Below are positions 31,776 through 45,878 of a stretch of DNA of 64,000 nucleotides, in pieces. This stretch comes from Daphnia carinata. Its lineage: Eukaryota. Location: contig NC_081331.1 of assembly GCF_022539665.2 (NCBI RefSeq), positions 13,516,001-13,580,000 of the forward strand, written 5' to 3'. A program made the translations under genes and the position numbers. A model generated the notes under the pieces. It was not told the origin of the DNA and searched no databases. It saw only the letters and a list, made by a program, of their open reading frames with translations. Numbering within the stretch: position 1 is the first letter of the stretch; each line of letters opens with the position of its first letter.

Positions 31776-34592
31776 GTAAGAGTGATGCATTACGCACACT
31801 TTGTGCTTGCATTGTCCGTTGAGACTCGTGTATGTTTTATCGTGAGCCGTGCGCAATGTGTCGACGACTTATCCGCGTTGAAAACGAGAAAGAGTTTTCA
31901 TATCTTTTGCGTGTGTGAGTTGTATATCATTGCGAAGTTTGGCGTATATTCTGATAAGAGACATTCTTTTTTTTTTTTTGTTTTTTTGTGTTTTTTTTGG
32001 GGGGGTTGGAGAGGGTGTTTATTGTGTCGTTCGCTAGATGGACCTTTCGGTCGTCCGTCATGTCACTGTTAAAGGAAGCGGATGAAATTCCGCGGCATCC
32101 AATCAGCCCTCCAATACCAGAGGATCGATGGTTTTTCTTTTTTTAAAGACGTTTAGGTTTTCTTTTACTTCCTTTTTATCTGCGTATTCTGTGTGGATAT
32201 TTTTGTTTGTGTACATGCCTTGTACGTACAGCTGTACGCGTGTGTGTGTACACTATCCATATATGTTGGTATTCACCTTGTAGGGAATCCATTGATTTGT
32301 ATACGAAAGTGGGGACGAAATGATGGCACAGCTGTTGCGCTCCAGGAATGGGGTTATTATCCGTTGACTGGAGAAAAAAGGGTTTTATTTTTGTAAACGC
32401 AAAGGAAAACAAAACAATGGAATGTAACGCAATCACAGGAGTGTTGACATCCAACGTTTCTGCTCAGATCGTGCAGGATGGCTTAACGTGATTCCTTTTT
32501 CTCTCCGAATTTATGGGTGCGTGTTGTTGAAATGTCCTACCAAGTCGCAGGGCACTATTTCCATTTGAACAGGTGGGACGATGTAATTTTTTTTCCCAAT
32601 TGGATAGATCCCAACTTCCATGAAATGTTGATTCGCTTCTTCGACTTTGTTAAAGGGTTTCTACTTGATTGGTGTCGTAACGTTTTGCATATCGATCTCT
32701 TGTCATAAAGAATTTTCTTTTTGAATTTTTTTTAAGCAAAAAGGGACGTTCCATCGCTCACACGATGGATAGACAGTCCGCCGGCAGTTCGAAAATGAAT
32801 TGCAAAACTCTATCCTAAAAAAAAAAAAAAAAAATCGATCAACTTGCCTTTATGTATCGCGCACACAAAGGAAGGGGTTCAATAATAATAATAAAAAAAG
32901 CTTGTCTATTTTTATATGCGGTTTATTTTTGTTCAAACATTATCGATATCACGTTTATTGCCTTTTTTTTTTGCCATGTTGTCGAACTGTTTTGTTCTGC
33001 GAACTAAATGTCTAATCGGCGAAAAATTAAAGGGGAGAACGAAAGAGAGTGCCAATGAATCGCTTGTACGTCAAAGGCAATTGACGCCCATAACGAGAGA
33101 ATTGGCCAAGTGCTTGTACGACTATCGATGTAATGTAAGGGGGTCGATCGATCGTTTCCTTTTCTTTTTCGTTTCTTCCTTTGGTAGTTGAGCGTTTGGG
33201 TGCTATGAGATCGAAGAAGTTTTTGTCGAGGATGTCGTGACACCATCGTATAACGGCTTAGAAACTTTCCGTGTAGACGAAAGTTTGGATATCGTGGAAG
33301 GTGTTGTTTATAATCTTCTTTTGCGTGTCGCTTTTTCTCATCCGGCTTTTCAACAATGAAAAGTCTTTTTTTTTTTCACGCGTGCGACAACGTCTTCGTA
33401 TAAAGCGCGTATGTTGGCAGTTTCGATTGCAAGCGAACGTTCTTATTGAGTTATAGATTTTTTTTTCCCCCTTTTCTCTTTTGTATTTTTTTTTTTTTAG
33501 AATAAAAGAGCATTTTATTGTGTTGTAAATTCAATCGATTCCGTGGTGTGTATGGCGATTTGCATTGAACGCCATCTATCGTTGCGTTCCGCAAGAATTT
33601 TTCAGATGTTTGTTTGCGTGCCGACCAAAAGGTGGCAGATTGTTTTTTAGTTCACGTTCTAACTTTTTTTTTTTTTGAGTTCAAAACAAATAAAAATAAG
33701 TATATAAAATGAAGAATTAAAAAAATTTTGGTGAACTGAAAATGCAATGCTTCCGCCTCTTGTGTTTCTCTTTTTTTTTTTTTGACGTCTCGCAAATCGC
33801 AAGATAAAATTTTCTTTGTTGATTTGGCGATGAATACGAATCGCTTGCAATTTCAGTCATTTCAGCCATTTGACGTGATTTATTGTTCCATTTTATTCTT
33901 TTTCTTTATTCGTTGATGCGTCATTGTTCTTCTGGTTGGACAGGGAACTACCCGCCCGTGTAGCCATGATTCATCGCACAGTCGAATTAGTCTTATTTAC
34001 TACGGTGGGAACTTGTACGATTTCCAGCTCACGTTGGTTTTTTCCGACTAGAAGAGATCGGCCAGAAATGTCTTAGTAACCGATAGCGCCTCTTATCGGA
34101 TCTAATCGAACCGCTGAATGGGAAGAAACCCCCTAAACTTGAATAAGTAACAATTGATTTTTATTTTCGATGTTCCTTTTTGCGGTTTCTCGATGCTTAC
34201 GTTACAATGGCGTAATTGTTTCTAGCACTTGCCCTTTTTCTTTTACATGAAATTCTGCCACTTTTTCTTAAATCCTCTTGTCGTTGCCCTTTTTTTAAAA
34301 TTAAAATAAAAATAACCTTTGCGTAGTTTTTTTCTTTTTGAGGAGAGGGGGGGGGTGGTGGAGAATTATGTAGAACAGATAAAGAGAAATAGAAAGGAAA
34401 AAAAAAAAAAGTGTGGTTAACCATGTTTTGTGGACTTGAACATCCTTGAATGGCTTCCTGTCGCCAGCAATCATTGGTTGTACTGGCCCCTCATCTATTA
34501 TTTCCCTCGTGTCACGATGCGAACTTCCTTCTTTCTCCAAACAAAGAGAAGAAAAGTTGATGGCGATGCGATTCCGGTTCTTTTCCATTTCC

Positions 34593-34593
<1 letters not shown>

Positions 34594-34638
<45 letters not shown>
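34594..34638. repeat. poly(T) tract, ~45 nt
   Basis: Directly visible; one of many homopolymer tracts between 29 and 64 kb. Confidence 0.95.
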
Positions 34639-34641
<3 letters not shown>

Positions 34642-35264
34642 TTTTTATCTCGACGCTGTCCGCCTCGTTCTCTTTCTTATCGCCATTTCTTCAGCTTCTT
34701 CGTTGTGTGGCGGTGCGATTTACTATGCCACTTTTTTTTTGGAGGGAGGTGGGGGAGGTAGAGACGAGTCGGATGGATGGATGGATAGATGGAAGATTCT
34801 TTCTTTTCACGTTTGTTAAAGGGAGAAAAAGAAAAAAAAAAAATCAAAAGACTGGAAGCTTTGTGGAGATCGATAGGCCTATTGTCTGGACCTGGCAGCT
34901 CCACTATCTCTGGAGTATATGGATCGCTCCGGCCTAATAGTCTGGAAGGGTATAGAACAGATAAAACCGGGGTGGAGGGGGGTACCTACTGGAACCAGCA
35001 AACCGCACTGAGATAACTCCCGAGGATTCTTCCGATAAAAATTCGCCAACCGCAATTTTTTTTTGTTTTTTAAAACTTGGGTATCAATCTGTTGAAAGTG
35101 AAGGCTGAGCTGATGGCATCGCAGATGCAAAACAGCTTAGCGGAGAATCCTAAACGCATTATAAAAGTAAAAACGTTGAAAATCCATTAAGGGTATGCGC
35201 GTAGTACGTGGTTTTATTTAAAAGGTTATAATATAAATTGAATATAATATTCAAATAGGCCCAA

Positions 35265-35267
<3 letters not shown>

Positions 35268-35305
<38 letters not shown>
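35268..35305. repeat. poly(A) tract, ~38 nt
   Basis: Directly visible. Confidence 0.95.
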
Positions 35306-35308
<3 letters not shown>

Positions 35309-35906
35309 GGGGAAAGGAAGGGGAAATCACGCGAAAGACGGACGACAAATATAAATTTTTGAATGATTAAAAAGAAAATGGGAGGTTGGCTATTTTGAAC
35401 GCAAAGCTATTTTCTATTTAAAGGTTTATATTATGGCCAGTTTTTATGTCTTTACTACTTTCGAGCTCTTGTGTAATTCCCGTTGTAAAAAAAAAAAAAA
35501 AAAAAAATAACAAAACAAGAATGTTCTTTTTTTGGTTGCGTATTAAATGCGGAAAGCGGGGGGTGGGGGGCTATAGGGAACGGCAAAATATATATATATA
35601 TATATATAGGTAAGATGAAATCTATTTTGTGTGGAGTCGATGAAATGAAGGGCTCCCGGTTTTATCAAGGCAAGTCTCGTACGTAACGAAATTTACAGAT
35701 CATCAATTTCATTTTTTTTTTTTTTTTTTTTCCATTTATTTTTATTTCTCTCCTCGGGTCCCCATTTTTTTTTTTTTTTTTTTTTATTATTTTTTATTTG
35801 ATTGTATTTACCTTTTTGTTGCCTGGCTCTTGCTACCTCCCTTTGGGGGGTCTTTTACGTCGTTTGCTTCGCGCCAGCCGTCTGTTGTACGTTTCTGTGC
35901 CGCGGG

Positions 35907-35945
<39 letters not shown>

Positions 35946-38070
35946 ATCCCAAGAAAAGGACAGTCATCTCTGAATCGCTGTGTCGCTTCGCATTTTCTCT
36001 TCTCTTTTTCGTCCTCTATTTTCTTTTTCTTGCGTGTCCTTTTCGTGATGAGCCATTCTGCACTTAAAAAAGAAGGCGACAGCTCCCGAAGGGGGGGGAA
36101 AGATTAGTCAAGGAGAAACAGCTGCAATCTGAGAGTACTGGCAACAGCGGTTTTTTTTTTTTTCAGCCTTGTTGAGCCTCGTTTGCATCTGCATAATTTA
36201 TTTTAGTATTTATTTTTTTTTTAAAGGTTAAAAACTTTTGGTATCCCTTGTATAGTCAAGAATCTGTGCGTTTGTACTCTTGTTTCTGTGCTCAATAAGG
36301 TGGTAACGCCCGGCGGCTGTGAACGCAGCGCGCGGTCCGGGATACGGCCCAAAAGGCCCCCAAGTGTTTCGAAACGAAAGAGGTTCCGTATTCGTCCAGT
36401 TGCATGTTTGTTATATGGACTACTATCGACACCTTGTTTTGCGACTTTTTTTTATTTTACCTTTTTTTTTTTTTTTTTTTAATGGAATCAGTAGCGAGAA
36501 GCCATTCGTGAGATGCGCACCCAAAGTTCGGCTCGCAACTGAGTTGAAAATCATATTAGCGTTTCAATTTTTTTTTTTGTGTGTGTACGCATCAGATCAC
36601 GTAATAAAAAAAAAAAAAAAGAAACGCTGAAGGCGCCTTTTTTCTTCTTCGAACTTTAAGCGAAAAAAGAGCGCGATCGAGCGGAAGGAAATGAATCTCG
36701 AAACACACACGTAGGTGTCGAGGCAGAACGGGAGAGAGGCGTAATGATAAAAGCAGAAATAAATCCGAAATCACAAGCGTCTACGCAGAGTTTTATTTTT
36801 CACTCGCTACCCGTATCCGAAATCACGACGGCGTGCAATGCACACCTCTCGTCAAGTGTTTTGTTTATTTTCCTGTTGTGTGTGTTTCATCCTGTATAGA
36901 AAGGGCTGGCTTAAAAAAAAAAATATATATTTAAATTCGATAGCTTCGAACAAATGGCTCTTTTTTTTATAGTGGCTCTAATGTCGTGGTAGGCTACTCT
37001 ATACCGAACTCTGCTGTGCAACACACACAGAGCCGCGTACAACTTGCGGCGCCGTCATCATCCAACAAGGGACGGGTGTTCGCGTCTTTTTTTTTTTTTT
37101 TTTTTTTTTTCTTCCTTCTTTTCTTCGTCTTCCTCCTCTTTCTACCAGTCGTTGCCTGACTGGGCTCCTAACTGGATTGCTCTGTCTCTCGCTCTCCCTG
37201 CCCCTGTGTTGGTCCTCCTTCGACATCCACTGTGAAATCTACTCCATTTGTTATTCTACTGACACGATCTGGATCGTTGGTCATCCGTTTTCTTTTGAAA
37301 ATGATAAACGTATGTTTGTTAATTTTTTTTTAAACGCTGATCAGCAAGTCGAACAAGAGAAGAGCAAAGTTCAAAGTGATGTGGTACCCATCGGATTGTC
37401 TTTTGTGTAGCGTAATAATAGACAGCGAGGGGACATCAAAGTGATTTTTTCTTTCTGATTATTGCTCTAACGACGGACGGCGTCGCTCACGTCCGCCAAC
37501 CTGAAACGAGCGACTTGTCCACTCGGAGAGTCAGGGGAGGAATTGTCTTTTTTTAATCATCCTGCCCGTCTTTTGTTTTTTTCTTTTTTTTTTTTTCTCG
37601 TTTCATGTCAAATTTGGCCATCGAGTTTCCCTCCCTAGATTTTAATTGTTGATCAAAGAGGAACAAAGCCAGTGGCATGGTGGAGGGCTTTTGTTGTTTG
37701 CTCTGTTAAGACATCGGTCAACTTCTGCATTTTGCATCGAGTGATGATCGACCCGCTGGATCGTTGTGTCTCTGTCGATGCTGGATTTCGCCGCTGGCCC
37801 TACACCGTTTATCTGTCAGACTATCCAGACGGGGAGAGAGAGAGAGAGAGAGAGAGGGGGGGGAATGCAGTTATTTAATGCCTGCGTCGGGATGCTTTTG
37901 AAATGCTGATGGCTTTCGGAGTTTTGGACGTGCATGTGTGTATTTGCGAGATAAAGCGCGGAAGCGATGAAGGAATAAATTGAATCAAAAAAAAAAAAGA
38001 AGAGGGAACTGGCCCAACCCCCCCCCCCCCATACCCCAATCTCTCCCTCTCTCTCTCTCGTTGTTCGAAA

Positions 38071-38501
38071 ATGAGTTGGCTGGTACCAGAAGTGCGCGTG
38101 GGCGACATCAGTCTGCCGATGATCCGTCAATGCGACGCTGTGGATGATGCGTCGGCCAGCGAAGGCGACTCGAGTTTTAGTTGTAGTCGAGATTGTGCCG
38201 ACGACGAGGACAATACGATGGAAACGAGTAGCGTCCAGCAAGATCAGCCGGCGCAAGAAGAAGGCCATCAGCGGTCACAGCAGCAGCTGACGTGGTGCGT
38301 CATGAGCGACGATGACGACAACGAAGACGGACGCTACGAGAATCGAGGCAATCTGCCGCGCGAAGGAGCCCTACAATTGATGATGGCCGGCGCTGGCAGT
38401 AGCAACGCTGCTACGCCCGCCACCACCGGCGCAGGGCTCGGATCGTCTCTGTTGGCCGTCCCGTGGCAAGTGCCCCGTAGACGGCACAGCTGGATTTGCA
38501 G
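38071..38501 (+). CDS. dnc: dunce/PDE4 alternative first coding exon C (ends LLAVPWQVPRRRHSWIC)
   Basis: GC-rich 143-codon exon ending AG|gtacat in phase 2. RRHSWIC is the sequence preceding FDVDNG in human PDE4D3. Confidence 0.85.
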
Positions 38502-39706
38502 GTACATTTCTTTGCAAATGCTGGCCTTATTTTGTTCCCTCTCTTTTCTCTCTTTCGGAAAAGAGAGAAGAAATGTGGCTAGGAAAGAAAAACACATGGC
38601 GACGGGCAGTTGTATTATTTATATTATTACCCACGCGTGTGTGTCTCGCTTAGATTGCGTATTGCAAAGCTGTGCGAGCATTCCCCGAAAAACTCGCTGG
38701 GCATAATTTATCGTTTTTGATTCTGTTTGTTCTTTGGTTGGGAAACAAAACAAAAAAAAAAAAAAAAAAAAACAAAAAAAGATGACAGCGTTTGTTTTTG
38801 TTGCTTTCAATCATGCAGTCTTGCATATCAGCACATCATCTTTAGTTTTCATCTCGTGCAATAGGCAAATAGAAGGGAAAAGGCCAGAGGTATCTCGTTG
38901 ATTGTAGGAGAAGAACAAAGAAACTTGTTTTATTTTATTTTTTTTTTTTTTTATCTTTTGTTTTAAAATGTTTCTCAGTATCTTTGTTTTTTATCTTTTT
39001 TTTTTTTTTTCTTTCGCTGTTTGTTTAACAAATTTTCACTCGTTTTGGGTTGGCGCCGCTTTCAAAATAAAAATCAACATTTCGTTGTTTTTCGTTTTTC
39101 TTCGCTGCTTAATTTTTTTTTTTTTTTTTTTTTTTTTTTATAGTTGGGACGGGTTTGAATATCAAACTAGCCAAACATAGGTCCTTTATCGACTGCCATA
39201 ATAGAAAATGAGAAATGCAATCCATCATTCTCTTGTTTCGCGTTCGACATTTTGTTTCTCGGGCCCTTTTCGTTTCATTACTGCAACTGGATTACGTAAG
39301 ACACGTTGTTTTCTCTCTAACCCCGCCCCCCCTGCCCCAGCTGTGAAGAAACTGGTGAAGCGGTGGTCAATCCGCCGGAATAGTCTATATACTAGACATC
39401 TCTCGCTATATTCCCCTGAAAGAGAGATGCTCATAACCGTACCCATCGCACACTTTTTCTATTGCTTCCCCTTCCCCCTAAAGAAAGGCGATGAGACGGA
39501 AGAATGGAGTTTGAGAAAAAGATCAGATGCCGCGAAGGCTATGGAGCGCGCTCACGTAAAAAAAAAAGAAAAAAAAAAGATGGGTCGATGGCGACCTTTT
39601 TCTTTTTATTTATTTTTATGCGCATACAACATAAAGAGTCTGTACAAGCTTCTGATCTAGATTTATTGGCCGATGTCAAGACTTCAGTACCGCCATTTTC
39701 GATGTA

Positions 39707-39737
<31 letters not shown>

Positions 39738-42700
39738 ACAGTAGAAAAAAAAAAAAGAAAAAAATAATTCTGTATGACTATGAATTACTGCCTTTCTCTT
39801 GTTATATCTTTTATGGCTAAATGTGGAACGCTGTGCTGCCGGGTTGTTTGGGGCGTGACAGTCGTTTTTCCCCTTCAAATCCCAAGTATGCGAAGAGTGG
39901 ACGTTTGCCCTGAAAAAAGCAAAGTAGTTTTTGACCGCAATGCACATTGTTATTTACGACCCAATAATACGATAGATTGAAGGGTGTGTCCGCTCTTTTG
40001 TCTTTTCAGCATTAAAGTAAGTAAGTTTTTTTAATGCACAATGCTTTTTGATCAGTCGAAATTGATGCGGATTTTTGTTTGTTTGCAATCATCTTTTGTT
40101 ACCAACTGTCCGTTTTGTAATCACTCTGAAGAACAAAACAAAAACAAAATGCCTTGATAACGTTGCTCGCACTTGAATGTACATCTGCGTTGATTTGCCG
40201 TGACGTGTTCTTATTGGAGACCTGTTCGTGGAATGTGAAAACGAAATGTTGAACTGCAGTGTTTTTTTAATCGGAATTTTTTCATTTTTTTTTTTTCCTC
40301 GGTTCAAGAATGTCGGTTATGCGCGTGATAGAAAAGATTGGTGTTAAAGATGAACCGCTATCCCGCATTATCTCGCGCCTTTTCTTTTCTCGTGGTTCGT
40401 CATGCCGGTTCAAATAAGAAAAAGAAAAGAAAAGAAAAAAACCTTTGGCGGGATGGGATAGTAGCTCACAGAAAAAAAAAAATAAATAAATAAATGTTAG
40501 GTAATAGTATATACCTACTGCGTGTTTAGATTCTCAGTTTTGACGTCTTTACGTGCCGTGCTTGGAGAGGAGGACTATAGGTAGAAACAAGACGGGCAGT
40601 AATAAAAGAGTCTCGTTTTTGGATGAATTATGTCCACCTGTCAAAGGCGCCAAAAAGTCGTGAAAAGTCTTTACCCTTTTCTTTTTGTTTCGGATGCTAG
40701 CGCCTTTTGAAAAAAAAAAAAAAAAAAAAAAGGCGGCTCGCTTTTTGCTTGTTACCATAGAGGCTCAACCAGCAGCTGAAATTCTACTGTCTTTCGTATT
40801 TTCTTCTTTGATTATTCGTGCTCCGACGAAAAAAAAAAAAAAAAAAATATGAAAATGCAATTTTTCCTCTTATCTTTCGGGAGTCCCGCGGTTAACCGAA
40901 ATGTAGGGAGAGACATTCGATTGATGATATTCGCGCCCAGCATCGATGCGTTTGCGGTATGTGTTTTATTATTATTATTATTTATTTATTTTATTTTTAT
41001 TTTATTTTTTTTTACTACATGTCGATAGTGCGTGTCTTTATCTCACCGATTCCCCTCCTTGTCTTTGTGTCTATTCATCGATCGTATCCGATGAGACTTT
41101 TCTTTTGTAGTTGAAGTTTGCTTTTTGTTTTGTTTGTTGAGAAAATATTTCGTTGATGTTGTGCCGCTGATTTCTTGACGAGACCCATCGTGTCGTTATT
41201 GTTTAGACGCCGGAGAGCGTCAACAAAAAAGACAACGACGTCCAAGGAAAACGCTCTTTGTTGCAACTAGCGACGTACAATGGGCCTTTTCTTGTGTGCC
41301 GTGAAAACGCTATCAAATTGAAATGCCGTGTTTCACTTTGTCCGCTATTTTTTTCCTACCAGTAAAATGAATAAGCGGAATGCGTAGCCCGACATTTTGG
41401 ATTTGCATATCCAAGTCCCGCAATTCTGTTATTTATTTATTTTTTTTTAACATGCTGCGACGTATAGGTTTGAACTCTTCATCGATTCGTTAAATGAATT
41501 TTTCAACATGCGCCGTATCTTTTGTTTTTCTTTTTTTTTTTGCGGCTCATTGGAATGGCTGCTTCGCTATAGTATAGTGCTCCCGCTTTATTTTATCAAT
41601 TTGAAGTAATAAAAAATGTACGTATCGGTTTTTTTTTTTTTTTTTCATGGAAAAAAGAAAAAATAAAATGGGTCGAATTCTTATTTTCTCTTATCTCCGT
41701 TTGTTTACTTTTGCGTGTACGAAGTTGAACGAACGCAATAGAAGTCTGTCAAACTGCTTTAGCAAATATTGCTTCTTGACGTTAGCGGATATCAAAAAGG
41801 AAATCTAAAATAAGAAAATAGGAACTCGTCCAAACAGCCAGAAGGGACACACACACACACACAAAAAGGAACCGATCTTTGCTCCCAATCTATGCGACGA
41901 TTCGTGATAAAAAAAAAAAAAAAAAAATCTTACGTCGCTTAATACTCTTTGGCTGTTTGTCTATTTTTTTTTTTTTTTTTTATTGTGAAAATCCCATCGC
42001 TCAGGCGTATCTGTAAAGGACAAAGAAATAAACATATGCATAGGTCACTCGAGGGCTACGTTCTTCTTTACGAGGACGTTGGAGGACGCGTTTGGGTGTG
42101 GCCGATGGTGATGACGGGGGTATAAAAGGCTGGCTCTTAATACCATATCGATCGTGACACATGGAAACGATGCAATAGACATCAAGACTCGATCTACTTC
42201 GTATTTTGTACGAAAGTATATAAGGCTCTAGTGTCAGCGAAAGACTAAGAACCCGTTGCGGCGGCACACACGGTGACAGCAACTCGAAATGAAAAGGACA
42301 AGCTCATCCTCGGTTCATTTATCCCGTTGTCTTTCTTCGTCATACGAAAAGGACGTACCCGCTGCTCTATTCAATCGGCGAAAAAGATTACGTGTGTGTA
42401 CCTTATGGCCATGGACGGGTTCCTTTTTTCTCTTTCTGTTTTTTTTGTTTTTTTTTTATTCTTTGACGGCTGTTACCCACACACCCTGAAGGTCTTTCCA
42501 AAATCATACCTCTTAAAGAGATATCTAGGCCGTTCTACTGACTTATTTATCGTCTTCACCTTGTATTTATGTCATACTTCCCTTTGCGTTTTTTTTTTTT
42601 TATCAATTCATCGCCCTACCGGGCGCATAAATTGGCGTTTTTTGTTTTGTCGTATTTTTTTTTTTTTTTCTTTTTAAAAAAGCTGGGGGTTCATGTGTCG

Positions 42701-45700
42701 CTTCGTGTTCGTATCGATTCCTAATCCGATGAACGTCATAAACAATCCGGGATTAATGGGACACTTAAGTGCTATGATCAAATATCGTTTGATAACAAGT
42801 TGGCATCGACGGCAAGCGCGTCATTTAATGAGGGCGACGTGCTAGTTGTTCGATGTGTAAAGGCCGTCCTTTTTTTTTTCTTTTGCTGCTGGGCACTCGG
42901 CAAGCAGAAAGTTGGCGGCGAATCTTCCGCTAACGAGGTGCAATGCACAAGTTGTGTAGTCCTTTTTTTTAAATTTTTTTTATATGAATATTTAATTCGG
43001 AGATGGACAACTTTGAGCTCAACTGGGGTTGCGCCGATGGACTCCGTATATTTTATACAAGGAACTGTATTATAGAGGGGGAAAAAAAAAAGAATCGACA
43101 GTCGTGGAAGAATATTTTTTTTTTTTGAAAAAAAAAAAAAAAACGCAACTGACTTTTGCAATCATCAGTCGTTGACTAGAAAGGCTCATGTGTAATGCAT
43201 GCGCGTTTGCCCGGCAGGGCCACTAGGCAATTTTTTTTATACCCTGGTCCTCTTCTACTGTCTCGCTTCTCTTTCTTCTTTTTTTTTTTTTTTTTTTTTT
43301 TTTTTTGTGCCTTTCAACCGTAAAGAAAAACCAGTGAACAAGAAAAAGGAAAACGAGAAGGAACGACAGGAATGTAAAGTTGGATGTTGTGCATGCGATG
43401 GGCATGCCTGAGTTTTCGTACTGTCTTCTTATTTTGACCGAATGCGTGAACATGGAACGATGAAACTATGCGTACACGAGTATCGCATCATATGCGGTAT
43501 AATGTGGCATATGTTTATCAGCCAGCCGTTGAAATGGGGCCCTACAAAATCGGTTAGCCTTTGGCGTGCAAATAAGTCGAGCCATCGACAATGTCAAGAT
43601 TCATTTTTTTCTGAGTTGCTACTCTTTTTATTTATTTATTTTTATTTTTATTTTAACGCCAGTGTGCTCTGCTGTAGTGTTCTCGTACATAATGGATGCT
43701 TAAGGTCGTGCGGGTCGGCCCTTCTCTGTTTGTTGACACATTTGTTTGCCTCGCAGTTTAAATAGACAAAATAGCTTTGAAGGGTTTTCGGGTTCGCTGG
43801 AAGAATGCTCGTCAATCTTCTTAATGTAATTTGGCTGTAAAACCTGATCTTGAATATCAACAGCACCTTTTTACGTCACGTTATGCAATGTCTAATTTTT
43901 CATTGTCGAGTTCATTTGTTTAGCTCCTGTTTTTTTTTTTTTTTTTTTTTTCAAAAGAAAATTTCTTTTATTGAAACGAATTCAAAAGTTGGTTATTTTC
44001 AGAACAGGTCAGAGTTGCCACGATTGCTTTTAAATGATGTCCTACTCGCTCCCGCCCGTTCCATCAACTTTGATGGCACTACGTGACCGTTGCAGTCGCT
44101 TGGGCGGTGATTGCCCGGTATGGATATTCGTGGCATGCGGTTTATAGCTGAGGTCCGGCGCGCATAGCCTTTACGTACATTTTTGCACAGCGCATTCATT
44201 TAGTTCGACTCCCAAATGGCTCATTACTAGCGTACGTTGTTCGCTTTTTTTTTTTCTTTTTTTCACGAGGACAATTCGCGTGTTCGGCAGAAAGAAAACG
44301 AAAAAAAAAAAAAAAAAAAAAAAAAGTGGGAGGCGTTCTAATTTGTCAGACGTTGCCCTACATAAATCAAACTGCCCTGCGCTCGTTAATCGCGTTTTCA
44401 TCTCGACTGTTTTTGACCATCAAAGCTAATGAGGCTCGTACCGTCCGTCTTTTGGCATTTCCGAAATGTTTTTTTGTTTTTTTTTTCATTTGATTTTGGC
44501 GCTGTTCATTTTATGCGGTACCTATGAAACAAGGAAATGATTGCTTAACATTTTCTTTAAAAGACGTAATCATTAATGCGCAATGTGGGCTCACCGTAAG
44601 CCCTGGCGGATCGACGTCAAATCCTATGCGTCGACTGTATGGGGAAATAAAGCCAGACGATTCGCCTTTTGTCTCTAACGCCCTCGGACGTGGTGAATAA
44701 TAATACGCTCGACGTCCGTCGCAGTAACTGAAAACGATGGGCGCTATTATTACTTTCGAGTCGATGATGGTTCTTTAATACTCTCTTTCAGCCCACCCGC
44801 TCGCTTTTGTTATTGTTCAGTCTTCTTCAACTGCTACGCATGGGCCTGCCCGTTGTACGATTGACGGCTGCGGCTTTCTGGATACGCGCAAGTTTTCGTA
44901 TTCTTCTTCCCCTCTTCAGTAAAAACCTATCGCGAAAGGCAGTTGATCTGATCGGACAGTTGACGAGCGCCAGCTCAGTATAACGAGATCCGTCGCTATA
45001 TTGTTGTTGTTTTTTTTCTTTTTTTTTTTTTTAAATCTGCGGCTCGCATTGCGTGACGTCAGTGCCGCATTAAATCTAGAGATAATACCGTGGGCCGGAA
45101 ATGAAAAAAAAAAAAAAAAAAAAAAAAAAGAAAGGCAAAGTATGGTAGCGTATGAAAAGAATAATATATCAAGAGAGGCGAAAGGCAAAAAAAAAAAAAA
45201 AAACAAACAAAAAAACAAAAAATGAAAGATGTATTTAGCTTTTGTCTGTTTCTGTGTAACAAGCTGCTGGAAGATATTCATCATGGTGTGTCCCTTATTT
45301 TCTCATTTGTTTCCTTTGTCCCCCACCCCCTCCCCCCTCCATCCGTTTTCCCTTTTTCTCTTTTTGCGGATGCGGAGCGCGCTAGAGATCGTCTATCTTC
45401 AAAAGAAACATCAAGATTAGCACTCATTCTCGCCAAGAACAACCCAAAAAAGGATAGGGGAGGGGGGGGGGAGGATGCTTTCGGCTGCCAAGAGATCGTT
45501 GCAATTTATTTTGTTTGTTTTCAAAGTCGGGAGGGGAAAAAAAAAAATGATAGTCTGAATCGATATCGATTATTTCGTTATTTTCTTCAATGTATCTCAG
45601 TGTACATACATAGTCAATCCTAAACATCTGGCGCAAATCTTTTAATGGGATTCCTTCTTCGTTCTTATTTGGCCCGGCCTCTTCCGGTCTCTTAGTTGAA

Positions 45701-45839
45701 ACTCTTTTGAATATTTCATAGAACTTTTTCTTGTTTTTTTTTTTTTTTTTTTTTTTTTAGCTTGTATTTCTTTTGTAGGAGGAAGCTTAGCTCTTTCTGG
45801 AATTACCTCGGTGGCTTTTACGTATACGCAGAAGGGATT

Positions 45840-45843
<4 letters not shown>

Positions 45844-45876
<33 letters not shown>
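45844..45876. repeat. (TG)n(CG)n alternating purine-pyrimidine tract
   Basis: About 13 TG units followed by gcgcgc. Confidence 0.9.
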
Positions 45877-45878
<2 letters not shown>

